Source: Accumulibacter sp. (GTDB lineage Bacteria > Pseudomonadota > Gammaproteobacteria > Burkholderiales > Rhodocyclaceae). Taken from it: 64,000 nt of DNA. The stretch lies in the NCBI RefSeq assembly GCF_024235715.1, contig NZ_JACKLW010000012.1; one strand, 5' to 3'. Below, one piece after another: positions 56,161 through 64,000 of the stretch; position 1 is the stretch's first letter; every line of letters begins with the position of its first letter. The translations under genes were made by a program, and so were the position numbers. The notes beneath the pieces were generated by a model. The model was not told the origin of the DNA and searched no databases. It saw only the letters and a program-made list of their open reading frames with translations.

Positions 56161-56655
56161 ATGAGCTTCAAGACCGCCGACCTTCTCGACAACAATGAAG
56201 ACCGGGCACGCGACGGCAGCGCCCGCGTCGTTGCACCGATGTTCAAGCGCTACGGTGGACGGCCTGCGTTCAATGGCCAGATCGCCACGCTGAAGGTCTT
56301 CGAGGACAACACGCTTGTTCGGGAAGCGCTCGCTGAAGACGGCGAAGGGCGGGTGCTGATCATTGATGGCGGCGGCTCCCTGCGCTGCGCACTGGTCGGT
56401 GACCAGCTGGCTATTCTCGCGAGCCAGAACAACTGGCAGGGAATCGTCGTCTACGGCTGCATCCGTGACGCGGATGACATAGGAGAGATCGAGCTTGGTG
56501 TTCGCGCGCTCGATACTCATCCGTTGAAGAGCATCAAGAAGGGTATCGGCGAACGCGACCTGCCTGTAAGCTTCGGCGGGGTCACTTTCCGACCCGGCGA
56601 ATGGATATACGTCGACGGCGACGGGCTCGTCGTCAGCGACCAGCCGCTGACTTGA
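56161..56655 (+). CDS. rraA: RraA family protein (RNase E inhibitor / HMG aldolase-like)
   Basis: FEDNTLV, LIIDGGGS.RCALVGDQLA and GCIRD. Confidence 0.92.
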   Translation: MSFKTADLLDNNEDRARDGSARVVAPMFKRYGGRPAFNGQIATLKVFEDNTLVREALAEDGEGRVLIIDGGGSLRCALVGDQLAILASQNNWQGIVVYGCIRDADDIGEIELGVRALDTHPLKSIKKGIGERDLPVSFGGVTFRPGEWIYVDGDGLVVSDQPLT

Positions 56656-56897
56656 AAGGCTGCCCGGCAAAGGATGTCGGACGAGCACCGGGAAGTCGCG
56701 GGCTGATGATGCGGGAAATGGCGACGGTCGCCGTGGGGTGCTGATGAGTCCGTACCTGGCGATTGCACACGTCGGCGTTGACCGGATTTCGTCGAGGGTC
56801 CGCGAGTCCGGCCCGGCACCCGTTGACCGGAGAACGGGCAGGGAAGATACTTCGCCTGCCAGCCACCATGGAGTTGCCAAGAAATCGGAGATGAGTT

Positions 56898-57404
56898 GTG
56901 ACCGCTGCCATTGACCTGCTCAAAGCAATCCGGACAGGCCGCCTTCAAGAGGTCAAGGCCCTTCTGGATGCCGGGACCCCGGTCGAAATACAGGATGGTC
57001 GGGGCGATCCGGGCTTGCCGCTTGGTGTTGCCTGTTTCATGGGCCATGTCGATATTGTCCGCGAGCTGGTTGGCCGCGGCGCAAGGGTCAACACGACCGA
57101 TAACGCCCAGATCACATCGCCCCTGTCGATGGCCGTTCGCGGTCGGCGGACCGAAGTCGTCAAGGCGCTGATCGAAATGGGCGCCGAAGTCCCGTCAGGC
57201 ATGGCGACGGGGCTGACTGAGCAGGAAATGCTGGTCGCGCGCTGGCGCGGGCGGCACTATGACGCCAGCACCGGAAAACCCGAGCAGGCTGGCGACGAGC
57301 CCCCGGTTTTCGAGGAAATCGAAATGGTTCGCTGCTACGGAACGGATACCTCGGTCCTTGATGCCGACCTGATCCGTGCGGCGCGCGACATGGACAAAAA
57401 ATAG
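56898..57404 (+). CDS. Ankyrin-repeat protein
   Basis: G.LQEVKALLDAG, PLGVACFMGHVDIVRELVGRGA and SPLSMAVRG...VVKALIEMGA. Confidence 0.85.
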   Translation: MTAAIDLLKAIRTGRLQEVKALLDAGTPVEIQDGRGDPGLPLGVACFMGHVDIVRELVGRGARVNTTDNAQITSPLSMAVRGRRTEVVKALIEMGAEVPSGMATGLTEQEMLVARWRGRHYDASTGKPEQAGDEPPVFEEIEMVRCYGTDTSVLDADLIRAARDMDKK

Positions 57405-58004
57405 CCGCCTGAACTGCCCAGGCAGCGACAGGCCTGGCCGCCGCGGCTTCTTCCAACGAATCATCGTTGCCGAGCAGCGGATCTCCGGCCTGAACCGTTC
57501 TTCAGCGCCTTGCGCCGCGCCGCAGACCTGTCGCCGGCGCCCCCTCCCCCGCGATTGCCGTCGTGCTCTCATCTCCAGTTGCGCGCGAGGTCGATCGCGC
57601 TATCGCCCGTCGCGGGACGCCCGCGCCCCCCATACACCGGGTGACTGCCCAACACATGCCCGGCACGCCGTTCCGGCTGCAGGCGCACGCGGCCATTTGG
57701 CTGCTGCGGCGATCTTCGGAAACCTCTGGTCGGTCGACTTGCGGCTGGCTACGGGCAGTCAACCGGTATGCATGGCCTCGCGGTGCGTATCGCGATGCCC
57801 ACAGGGCGGTCGCGCAGCGACGGCAAGCCCGAACGAATACGTCGAGAGGCTTCGCGGAGAGCGCCGGGAGGCAATTCTTCCAGCGGCGGTCCTCGCGCCG
57901 GGAAACCCGTACGCATAGGAAAAAGGCATTTCGATAAAGAGAACTTCGTCTCGTGATGCGAAACCTCGGCGACAAGCGCTTGTTTTGTCTTCACAAAAAA
58001 TATG

Positions 58005-58030
58005 TCTTATGTCTTATAGATGACTGTTGC
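58005..58030. promoter_or_regulatory. Candidate SdhR-type (GntR family) operator upstream of aceA
   Basis: TCTTATGTCTTATA matches the left half of the TCTTATGTCTTATATAAGACATAAGA palindrome as I recall it; the right half is degenerate. Confidence 0.45.
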
Positions 58031-58160
58031 CAGCATGGGCAAAGACCTTTATACTTGATGCCATTGGTTACCCGCTGTCGATTGGCTATCCCGTTGCCGC
58101 TTCGACTCTTCGGGCGCGCCATCGTCGCAACCGCACTTCCTAATTTTGGAGAGCCAAATC

Positions 58161-59459
58161 ATGAGTACAAGAGAACAGCAGATCGCCGAACTGGAAAAAG
58201 ACTGGGCCGAGAATCCCCGCTGGAAAGGCATCAAGCGCGGCTATTCCGCTGCCGATGTGGTCCGCCTGCGAGGGTCCTTCCCGATCGAATACACCGTTGC
58301 CCGTCGCGGCGCCGAAAAGCTCTGGAACCTGGTTAACAACGAGCCTTTCGTCAACTGCCTCGGGGCACTGACCGGCGGCCAGGCGATGCAGCAGGTGAAG
58401 GCTGGCATCAAGGCTATCTATCTCTCGGGCTGGCAGGTTGCCGCCGACAACAACTCGTACGCCGCTATGTACCCCGATCAATCGCTTTATCCGGTCGATT
58501 CGGTCCCGAAGGTCGTCGAGCGGATCAACAACTCTTTCCGTCGTGCCGACGAGATCCAGTGTTCCAAGGACGTGAACGCCGGCGACAAGGGCTACATCGA
58601 CTACTTCGCACCCATCGTCGCCGATGCCGAAGCCGGATTTGGCGGTGTGCTGAACGCCTTTGAATTGATGAAGGCAATGATTCGCGCCGGAGCGGCCGGC
58701 GTGCACTGGGAAGACCAGTTGGCCTCGGTCAAGAAATGCGGCCACATGGGCGGCAAGGTTCTCGTGCCCACCCAGGAAGCTGTCCAGAAACTGATCGCCG
58801 CGCGCTTCGCTGCCGACGTCTGCGGCGTGCCGACACTGGTCATCGCCCGTACCGATGCCGAGGCAGCCGATCTGCTGACCTCGGACTGCGACGAGAACGA
58901 CAAGCCATTCGTCACCGGCGAGCGCACGTCGGAAGGTTTCTACAAGACCAAGAAGGGTCTCCAGCAGGCAATCTCGCGCGCCATCGCCTACGCCGACTAC
59001 GCCGACCTCGTGTGGTGCGAAACCGGCACGCCGGACCTCGAGTTCGCGCGCCAGTTTGCCGACGCCGTGCATGCCAAACACCCGGGCAAGATGCTGGCCT
59101 ACAACTGCTCGCCGTCGTTCAACTGGAAGAAGAACCTCGACGACCAGACGATCGCCAAGTTTCAGAAAGAACTCGGTGCGATGGGCTACAAGTACCAGTT
59201 CATCACCCTGGCCGGCATCCACAACATGTGGTACCACATGTTCGATCTGTCGCAGGACTACGTCAAACGCGGCATGACCGCCTACGTCGAGAAGGTGCAG
59301 GAGCCCGAGTTCGCAGCGCGTGACCGCGGCTACAGCTTCGTATCGCACCAGCAGGAAGTCGGCACCGGCTACTTCGATGACGTGACCACGGTCATCCAGG
59401 GCGGCACCTCGTCAGTCACCGCGCTGACCGGCTCAACCGAAGAAGAGCAGTTCCACTAG
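58161..59459 (+). CDS. aceA: Isocitrate lyase
   Basis: [26 protein letters not shown] (catalytic motif) and YNCSPSFNW. Confidence 0.98.
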   Translation: MSTREQQIAELEKDWAENPRWKGIKRGYSAADVVRLRGSFPIEYTVARRGAEKLWNLVNNEPFVNCLGALTGGQAMQQVKAGIKAIYLSGWQVAADNNSYAAMYPDQSLYPVDSVPKVVERINNSFRRADEIQCSKDVNAGDKGYIDYFAPIVADAEAGFGGVLNAFELMKAMIRAGAAGVHWEDQLASVKKCGHMGGKVLVPTQEAVQKLIAARFAADVCGVPTLVIARTDAEAADLLTSDCDENDKPFVTGERTSEGFYKTKKGLQQAISRAIAYADYADLVWCETGTPDLEFARQFADAVHAKHPGKMLAYNCSPSFNWKKNLDDQTIAKFQKELGAMGYKYQFITLAGIHNMWYHMFDLSQDYVKRGMTAYVEKVQEPEFAARDRGYSFVSHQQEVGTGYFDDVTTVIQGGTSSVTALTGSTEEEQFH

Positions 59460-59479
59460 GCGACCCGCCGGTCGCAGAG

Positions 59480-59506
59480 AAACCGCGCGAGAGCGCGGTT
59501 TTTTTT
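59480..59506 (+). terminator. Rho-independent terminator after aceA
   Basis: AAACCGCGC-GAGA-GCGCGGTTTTTTTT. Confidence 0.85.
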
Positions 59507-59727
59507 GCCCTCGGCGCCGCGCCAGGCACGACCGGCTTCCCCGCGCAAGCGTGCGCGTCGATTTTTTTCCCACGACGGACGCCCGTTGGCGAACCGATCA
59601 CGCGGCCGACCGACGCCCGCAGAAAAAGAAGCATCCCTGTCAACCGCTTCCCGTGACGTAGTGGACGGTCGTCCCGGCTGTCGGGCAGTATCCTTGGCCA
59701 TCCGCTCCCTGCCATGAGGACAGGCAA

Positions 59728-62664
59728 GTGCGCCATCGTTACCCTCTGCACGTGCACATCTCGACGCTCTTTCTCGCCTTGATCCTGCTCATTTGCGGCG
59801 TGCTCACGGCAATCGGCTACAAACTCAGCGCCGAGCTGCTCGAAGCGGCTGCAGCCGACCGCACGACGCGTATCAGTCGGGAAGCGCAAATCGAGATGCA
59901 ACGCATCATCGAGCCGGCCGAGGTGGCTACCACACTGCTTGCCCTACACCGGTTGACTCAGGCGCAGTCACTCGAACAGCGCCTGAACAGCCTCGCATTC
60001 ATGCGCCGGGCACTCGACGGTTCGCCGGCACTGTCGTCCCTGTACGTTGGCTACGCCAATGGCGACTTCTTCCTCGTCGGTCACATCGGCCACGGCGGCG
60101 AAAATGAAGCGGCCCGAGTTCCGACTGGCGCCCGCTACATCGTGCAAAGCATCGAGCGTGCGGGCGGCAAGCCCCGCGGGAGCTTCATCTATCTCGATGC
60201 GGCCCTGCAGACCCTGCGCAAGGACGATCGGCCCGACTATGCGGCGACCTACGATCCACGGCGACGCGTCTGGTTCTCCCGGGCCATGGCCTCGTCGGCA
60301 CTGATCAAGACGCCACCCTACCTCTTCTTCTCCAGCCGCAGGGTAGGCATCACACTGGCCAGCCGCGCCAGCGTCGGGCAAGCCGTGGTCGGCGCCGACA
60401 TCCTGCTGCACAGCCTTGGCCAGACGCTGGCCAGACAGAAGGCGACACCGGGCAACCAGTTGGTGATCGTCGATGCAGACGGCTACGCCCTTGCCTACGA
60501 AAACGTCGCCAGCCTGGTCCGGCCTTCCGCCACCGCCGATGGCAACCCCTCGCTGGCCAGGCTCGATGAGCTGGGCGTGCCAGCACTGATACCCCTCCTT
60601 GGCGAGGTGCGCAAGATGGCAGAAAAGCCGCTGGCGCCAGAACCCCGGACGCTGCGCGTCAACGTCGGCGGCACAGCATGGCGAGCGTCGATCAGCCCCC
60701 TGGGGCCGGACGACCAGGATCCCCTGTACATAGTGACCGCGGTTCCCGAGAGCGAACTGATGGCCGGTGCCCTGCAGCTGATCGAGCATTCGGCCCTTGC
60801 CACCGTGCTCGTGCTGCTGCTTACGATTCCGTTCACCTGGTTGCTCGCGCGCAGCATTGCACGCTCGCTTGGCCGCCTCGCGAGCGAGGCCGAGAAGATA
60901 CGCCATTTCAACTTCTCGGCGCCGATTGCGGTAAATTCGGCAATCCGCGAGGTCAGTCAGTTGGCGGGAACCATGGAAGCGATGAAGCGCACGATCCGCC
61001 GCTTTCTCGATATCAGCCACGCGGTGGCCGCCGAACAGAACTTCGACCGGCTCTTGCCGCAATTGCTCGCGGAAACGCTATCGGCATCCGAAGCACACGC
61101 TGGCGTGCTCTATCTCGCGGAGGGCACGCAACTGAAACCGGCGGCGGCTCTGGCTATCGCCTCCTCCATCCTCGGCAGCGACCTGCCGAGCGTCGACCTG
61201 TCCTCCGCCGGCCCGCTCCTTGGCGCCGCGCTCGCGGATGGCGTTGCGCGTGCTGGCCGCCTGCAGTCCGCCGATGTCGCCAGACTGGGCGGCAGCGAGG
61301 CAGAGCTTGACGGCGCCTGCGACGCCATCGCAGTCCCCTTGCTCAACCGCAAGGCCGAACTCGTTGGCGCGATGCTCCTGCTCTGCGACTCGGCCAGCGA
61401 CGACGCCCGCCTGAGCTTCGTCAAGGCTTTTGCGGGATCGGCGGCAGTGTCCCTGGAGAGCAAGGCGCTGATCAAGGCACAGAAGGACCTCTTCGAGGCA
61501 TTCATTCAGCTAATCGCTGCGGCGATCGACGCCAAGAGCCCGTACACCGGCGGCCATTGCGCACGTGTCCCCGAACTGACCAGAATGCTGGCTCTCGCCG
61601 CCTGCGAAGACGACAGCGGACCCTACCGCGAATTCCAGCTGAGCGACGACGACTGGGAAGCGCTGCATGTGGCCGCCTGGCTGCACGACTGCGGGAAGGT
61701 GACGACCCCCGAATACGTGGTCGACAAGGCGACCAAGCTGGAAACCATCCATGACCGCATTCACGAGGTACGCATGCGCTTTGAAGTACTCAAGCGGGAT
61801 GCGGAAATCAGCTGCCTGAAGGCGGTTGCCAATGGCCACGACGCCGAGTCTGCGCGCCGCCAGCTGGCCGCAGAACTGCGGCAGATCGATGACGACTTTG
61901 CCTTCGTCGCCAGTTGCAACGAAGGCGGCGAGTTCATGGCCCCGGAAAGAATAGCGCGCCTCGAGGCGATCGCCACGCGCAGCTGGCTGCGTACGCTCGA
62001 CGACCGTATCGGCATCTCCCACGAAGAGCAGCGGCGCAAAGCGCGCACACCCGCCAAACCCCTGCCCGTCGCCGAAGCACTGCTGGCCGACAAGCCGGAG
62101 CACATATTCCAGCGACGACCGCGGGATTGCCTGTCTGCCGACAACCCCCTGGGATTTCGCATGACGGTCCCGGCACTGCTCTACAACCGTGGCGAACTCC
62201 ACAATCTGGCCGTGGAACGAGGCACGCTGGCGGAAGAGGAGCGCTACAAGATCAATGAGCACATCGTTCAGACACTGATCATGCTGTCGCAACTGCCTTT
62301 CCCGAAACACCTCAGCCAGGTACCGGAAATCGCCGGCGGTCACCACGAAAGAATGGACGGCAGCGGCTACCCACGGCGATTGACCGGCGCACAGATGAGC
62401 CCCCTTGCACGAATGATGGCTATCGCCGACATCTTCGAAGCGCTGACCGCCGTCGACCGCCCATACAAGCAGGGCAAGACCCTGTCCGAAGCGATCGGCA
62501 TCATGTCGCGCATGCAGGAACAGCAGCACATCGACGCGGAGCTGTTTGCGCTCTTCCTGCGCTCCGGCGTTTATCTCGATTATGCCAAGCGCTTCATGCA
62601 GCCAGAGCAGATTGACCGGGTGGACATCGATCATTGCCTGGGCGGCCCAACGGTCCCGACATGA
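59728..62664 (+). CDS. Membrane-bound HD-GYP phosphodiesterase (Cache-like sensor, HAMP, GAF-like, HD-GYP)
   Basis: Two TMs flank a periplasmic domain (YDPRRRVWF). AIDAKSPYTGGHC, WLHDCGK, HHERMDGSGYP and AIADIFEAL are present. Confidence 0.9.
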   Translation: MRHRYPLHVHISTLFLALILLICGVLTAIGYKLSAELLEAAAADRTTRISREAQIEMQRIIEPAEVATTLLALHRLTQAQSLEQRLNSLAFMRRALDGSPALSSLYVGYANGDFFLVGHIGHGGENEAARVPTGARYIVQSIERAGGKPRGSFIYLDAALQTLRKDDRPDYAATYDPRRRVWFSRAMASSALIKTPPYLFFSSRRVGITLASRASVGQAVVGADILLHSLGQTLARQKATPGNQLVIVDADGYALAYENVASLVRPSATADGNPSLARLDELGVPALIPLLGEVRKMAEKPLAPEPRTLRVNVGGTAWRASISPLGPDDQDPLYIVTAVPESELMAGALQLIEHSALATVLVLLLTIPFTWLLARSIARSLGRLASEAEKIRHFNFSAPIAVNSAIREVSQLAGTMEAMKRTIRRFLDISHAVAAEQNFDRLLPQLLAETLSASEAHAGVLYLAEGTQLKPAAALAIASSILGSDLPSVDLSSAGPLLGAALADGVARAGRLQSADVARLGGSEAELDGACDAIAVPLLNRKAELVGAMLLLCDSASDDARLSFVKAFAGSAAVSLESKALIKAQKDLFEAFIQLIAAAIDAKSPYTGGHCARVPELTRMLALAACEDDSGPYREFQLSDDDWEALHVAAWLHDCGKVTTPEYVVDKATKLETIHDRIHEVRMRFEVLKRDAEISCLKAVANGHDAESARRQLAAELRQIDDDFAFVASCNEGGEFMAPERIARLEAIATRSWLRTLDDRIGISHEEQRRKARTPAKPLPVAEALLADKPEHIFQRRPRDCLSADNPLGFRMTVPALLYNRGELHNLAVERGTLAEEERYKINEHIVQTLIMLSQLPFPKHLSQVPEIAGGHHERMDGSGYPRRLTGAQMSPLARMMAIADIFEALTAVDRPYKQGKTLSEAIGIMSRMQEQQHIDAELFALFLRSGVYLDYAKRFMQPEQIDRVDIDHCLGGPTVPT

Positions 62665-62723
62665 CCATTCACACCATGGCCGCTCGCCGCACTAGCAGGG
62701 TGGTTGCCGGGCTTGCAAGGAAC

Positions 62724-62740
62724 TGTCAGCTTTCTTTACA
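62724..62740. promoter_or_regulatory. Second copy of the PEP-CTERM-type UAS
   Basis: TGTCAGCTTTCTTTACA; 12/17 identical to the 19894-19910 site in the same orientation relative to its promoter. Confidence 0.55.
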
Positions 62741-62782
62741 GCTGCCGGTGCTCGTTCGATAGCACCTGGATAAACACACCTC

Positions 62783-62795
62783 TAACCCATTGATT
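62783..62795 (-). promoter_or_regulatory. IHF binding site
   Basis: Reverse complement AATCAATGGGTTA = WATCAANNNNTTR. Confidence 0.6.
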
Positions 62796-62816
62796 AAATA
62801 AACGCTGTTTATTTAC

Positions 62817-62832
62817 AGGCATAGTCTTTGCT
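62817..62832 (+). promoter_or_regulatory. Sigma-54 -24/-12 promoter
   Basis: AGGCATAGTCTTTGCT = GG-N10-GC with TTGCT. Confidence 0.6.
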
Positions 62833-63197
62833 TATACGTGCTTGAGCCCAACCGCGCGTTTCCTGGCAGTGACTGCGTGCTGGCCACCGCTTGGCGCCAG
62901 CGGGCAGAACATCGCCAAGCAGCTGAGCATGCCGTTGGAAAGTCGCTGCGACAGAGATGCCTCGGCGGCGCGTTTGAGCCGCACCCTGCCATGTAACCGT
63001 CCACCACGTGCCGTGCACCAAAGATGACTTTGTCGGAGAGCACTTCCCATAAGCACATTCACGCAAGCAATCAGCCAATGAAAATCGTCACGCCACTCAC
63101 GCCGACTGACCCTGCCCTTTACCACTCGCCGTCGCCGCCAGTCCCGCCGCTTGCCGGCCATGGTCCCCGAAACCTTCCCCCGAACCCGGTAATTCCC

Positions 63198-63395
63198 ATG
63201 ACCACGAAAGTCTGCGTCAAGTGCAAGCAAGAAAAGCCGCTGCTCGAGTTTCACAAGAACTCGCGAAGCTCGGACGGTCTGCATTCCTACTGCAAGGAAT
63301 GCAACCGCGCCCAGGCGCTCGCACACATCCGGGCGGAAAAAGCGCGCAAGGCCCTGCTAAGGGCGGCGAAGAAAGCCGCGGCGGCCAACCACTGA
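63198..63395 (+). CDS. Small C4 zinc-finger protein with basic Ala/Lys tail
   Basis: CVKC-x22-CKEC with F.KN..S.DGL; start ambiguous (63024, 63078 or 63198). Confidence 0.7.
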   Translation: MTTKVCVKCKQEKPLLEFHKNSRSSDGLHSYCKECNRAQALAHIRAEKARKALLRAAKKAAAANH

Positions 63396-63468
63396 GCAGA
63401 CTGCCGGCCAAGCGCTCGACTTTGCCTCAAGGCGCAAGCGATCGCCGCGGCGCGTTCGCCGCCGCACT

Positions 63469-64000
63469 TCAGTTGCCCAGTCCCCAGTACTGCGGATCGC
63501 TGAAAGTCGTCTTGAGCTGATCCATGAACAGGCGCACGCGCAAGGGCAGGTGCCGGCGCTGCGGGAACACGGCGTAAATTCCCACCGGCGGCGGCGCATA
63601 ATCATCGAGCAGCGAAACAAGCCGCCCGCTGCGCAGGTCGTCACCAACCTCCCACACCGATCGCCAGGCAAGGCCCTTCCCGGCCAGCGCCCATTCGTGC
63701 AAGACCGCACCATCGTTGCACTCGAAAGTCCCCGACACCTTGCGCTGCACGACCTCGCCGGCGGGTGTTTCGCGTAGCGCCCAGCCACGCTGCTGGTCAA
63801 GCGACAGGCAATTGTGCGCCACCAGTTCCAGCGGCTCCAATGGCGCGCCGTAACGCCTGAGGTAATCCGGACTGGCGACAACCACACGCCGCATCTCGCC
63901 CAGCTTGCTGCTCGCCAGGCTCGAATCGGCCATCTCACCGATGCGCACAGCGCAGTCCACACCCTCGTTGAGCAGATCGACGACACGGTCGGTCAGATCG
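63469..64000 (-). CDS. LysR-family regulator, substrate-binding domain (5' end outside the window)
   Basis: DLTDRVVDLLNEGVDCAVRIG...VVVASPDYL...L.AHNCL...GKGLAWRS. Confidence 0.92.
   Translation of the reverse strand, partial: DLTDRVVDLLNEGVDCAVRIGEMADSSLASSKLGEMRRVVVASPDYLRRYGAPLEPLELVAHNCLSLDQQRGWALRETPAGEVVQRKVSGTFECNDGAVLHEWALAGKGLAWRSVWEVGDDLRSGRLVSLLDDYAPPPVGIYAVFPQRRHLPLRVRLFMDQLKTTFSDPQYWGLGN

Noticed and set aside
56675-56760. CTGATGAGTCCG with upstream CGGAC, resembling a hammerhead or fluoride riboswitch
   Set aside because: The required GAAA core is GAGC and the crcB P1 loop is too short; only an imperfect inverted repeat is supported.
57404-58000. 600-nt region with several short ORFs
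   Set aside because: No ORF has motifs or a convincing RBS, and no known RNA motif was recognised.

Overview
High-GC betaproteobacterial chromosome segment. Gene content and order suggest Rhodocyclales, plausibly Ca. Accumulibacter; this is inference only. About 22.5-64 kb is mostly core genome: xseB-ispA-dxs-folE2, rpsP-rimM-trmD-rplS, ilvIHC-pssA-leuA, an ECF sigma operon, lptFG, pepA-holC-valS, pabB, moaC, cspD/clpSA, rraA, aceA, an HD-GYP gene and a partial LysR gene. About 2-22.2 kb is a cell-surface/secretion block. It holds a 12-gene atypical type II secretion/type IV filament cluster with a cohesin-tailed lipoprotein secretin and a lytic transglycosylase, a secreted nine-heme cytochrome c with an N-terminal Ig-like domain, a decayed IS fragment, a PrsT TPR lipoprotein, a PEP-CTERM protein with a full UAS-IHF-sigma54 promoter, and an S8 protease downstream of a c-di-GMP-I (GEMM) riboswitch. 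The best candidate for an undescribed system is this secretion + multiheme cytochrome + riboswitch-controlled subtilase module. It parallels the parts list of Geobacter cytochrome export and maturation, but no function can be shown from sequence alone. Other notable observations are a SixA with the catalytic His replaced by Asn and a second copy of the PEP-CTERM-type sigma54 promoter upstream of a small Zn-finger ORF. No rRNA, tRNA or CRISPR array was seen. Start codons were chosen by eye.
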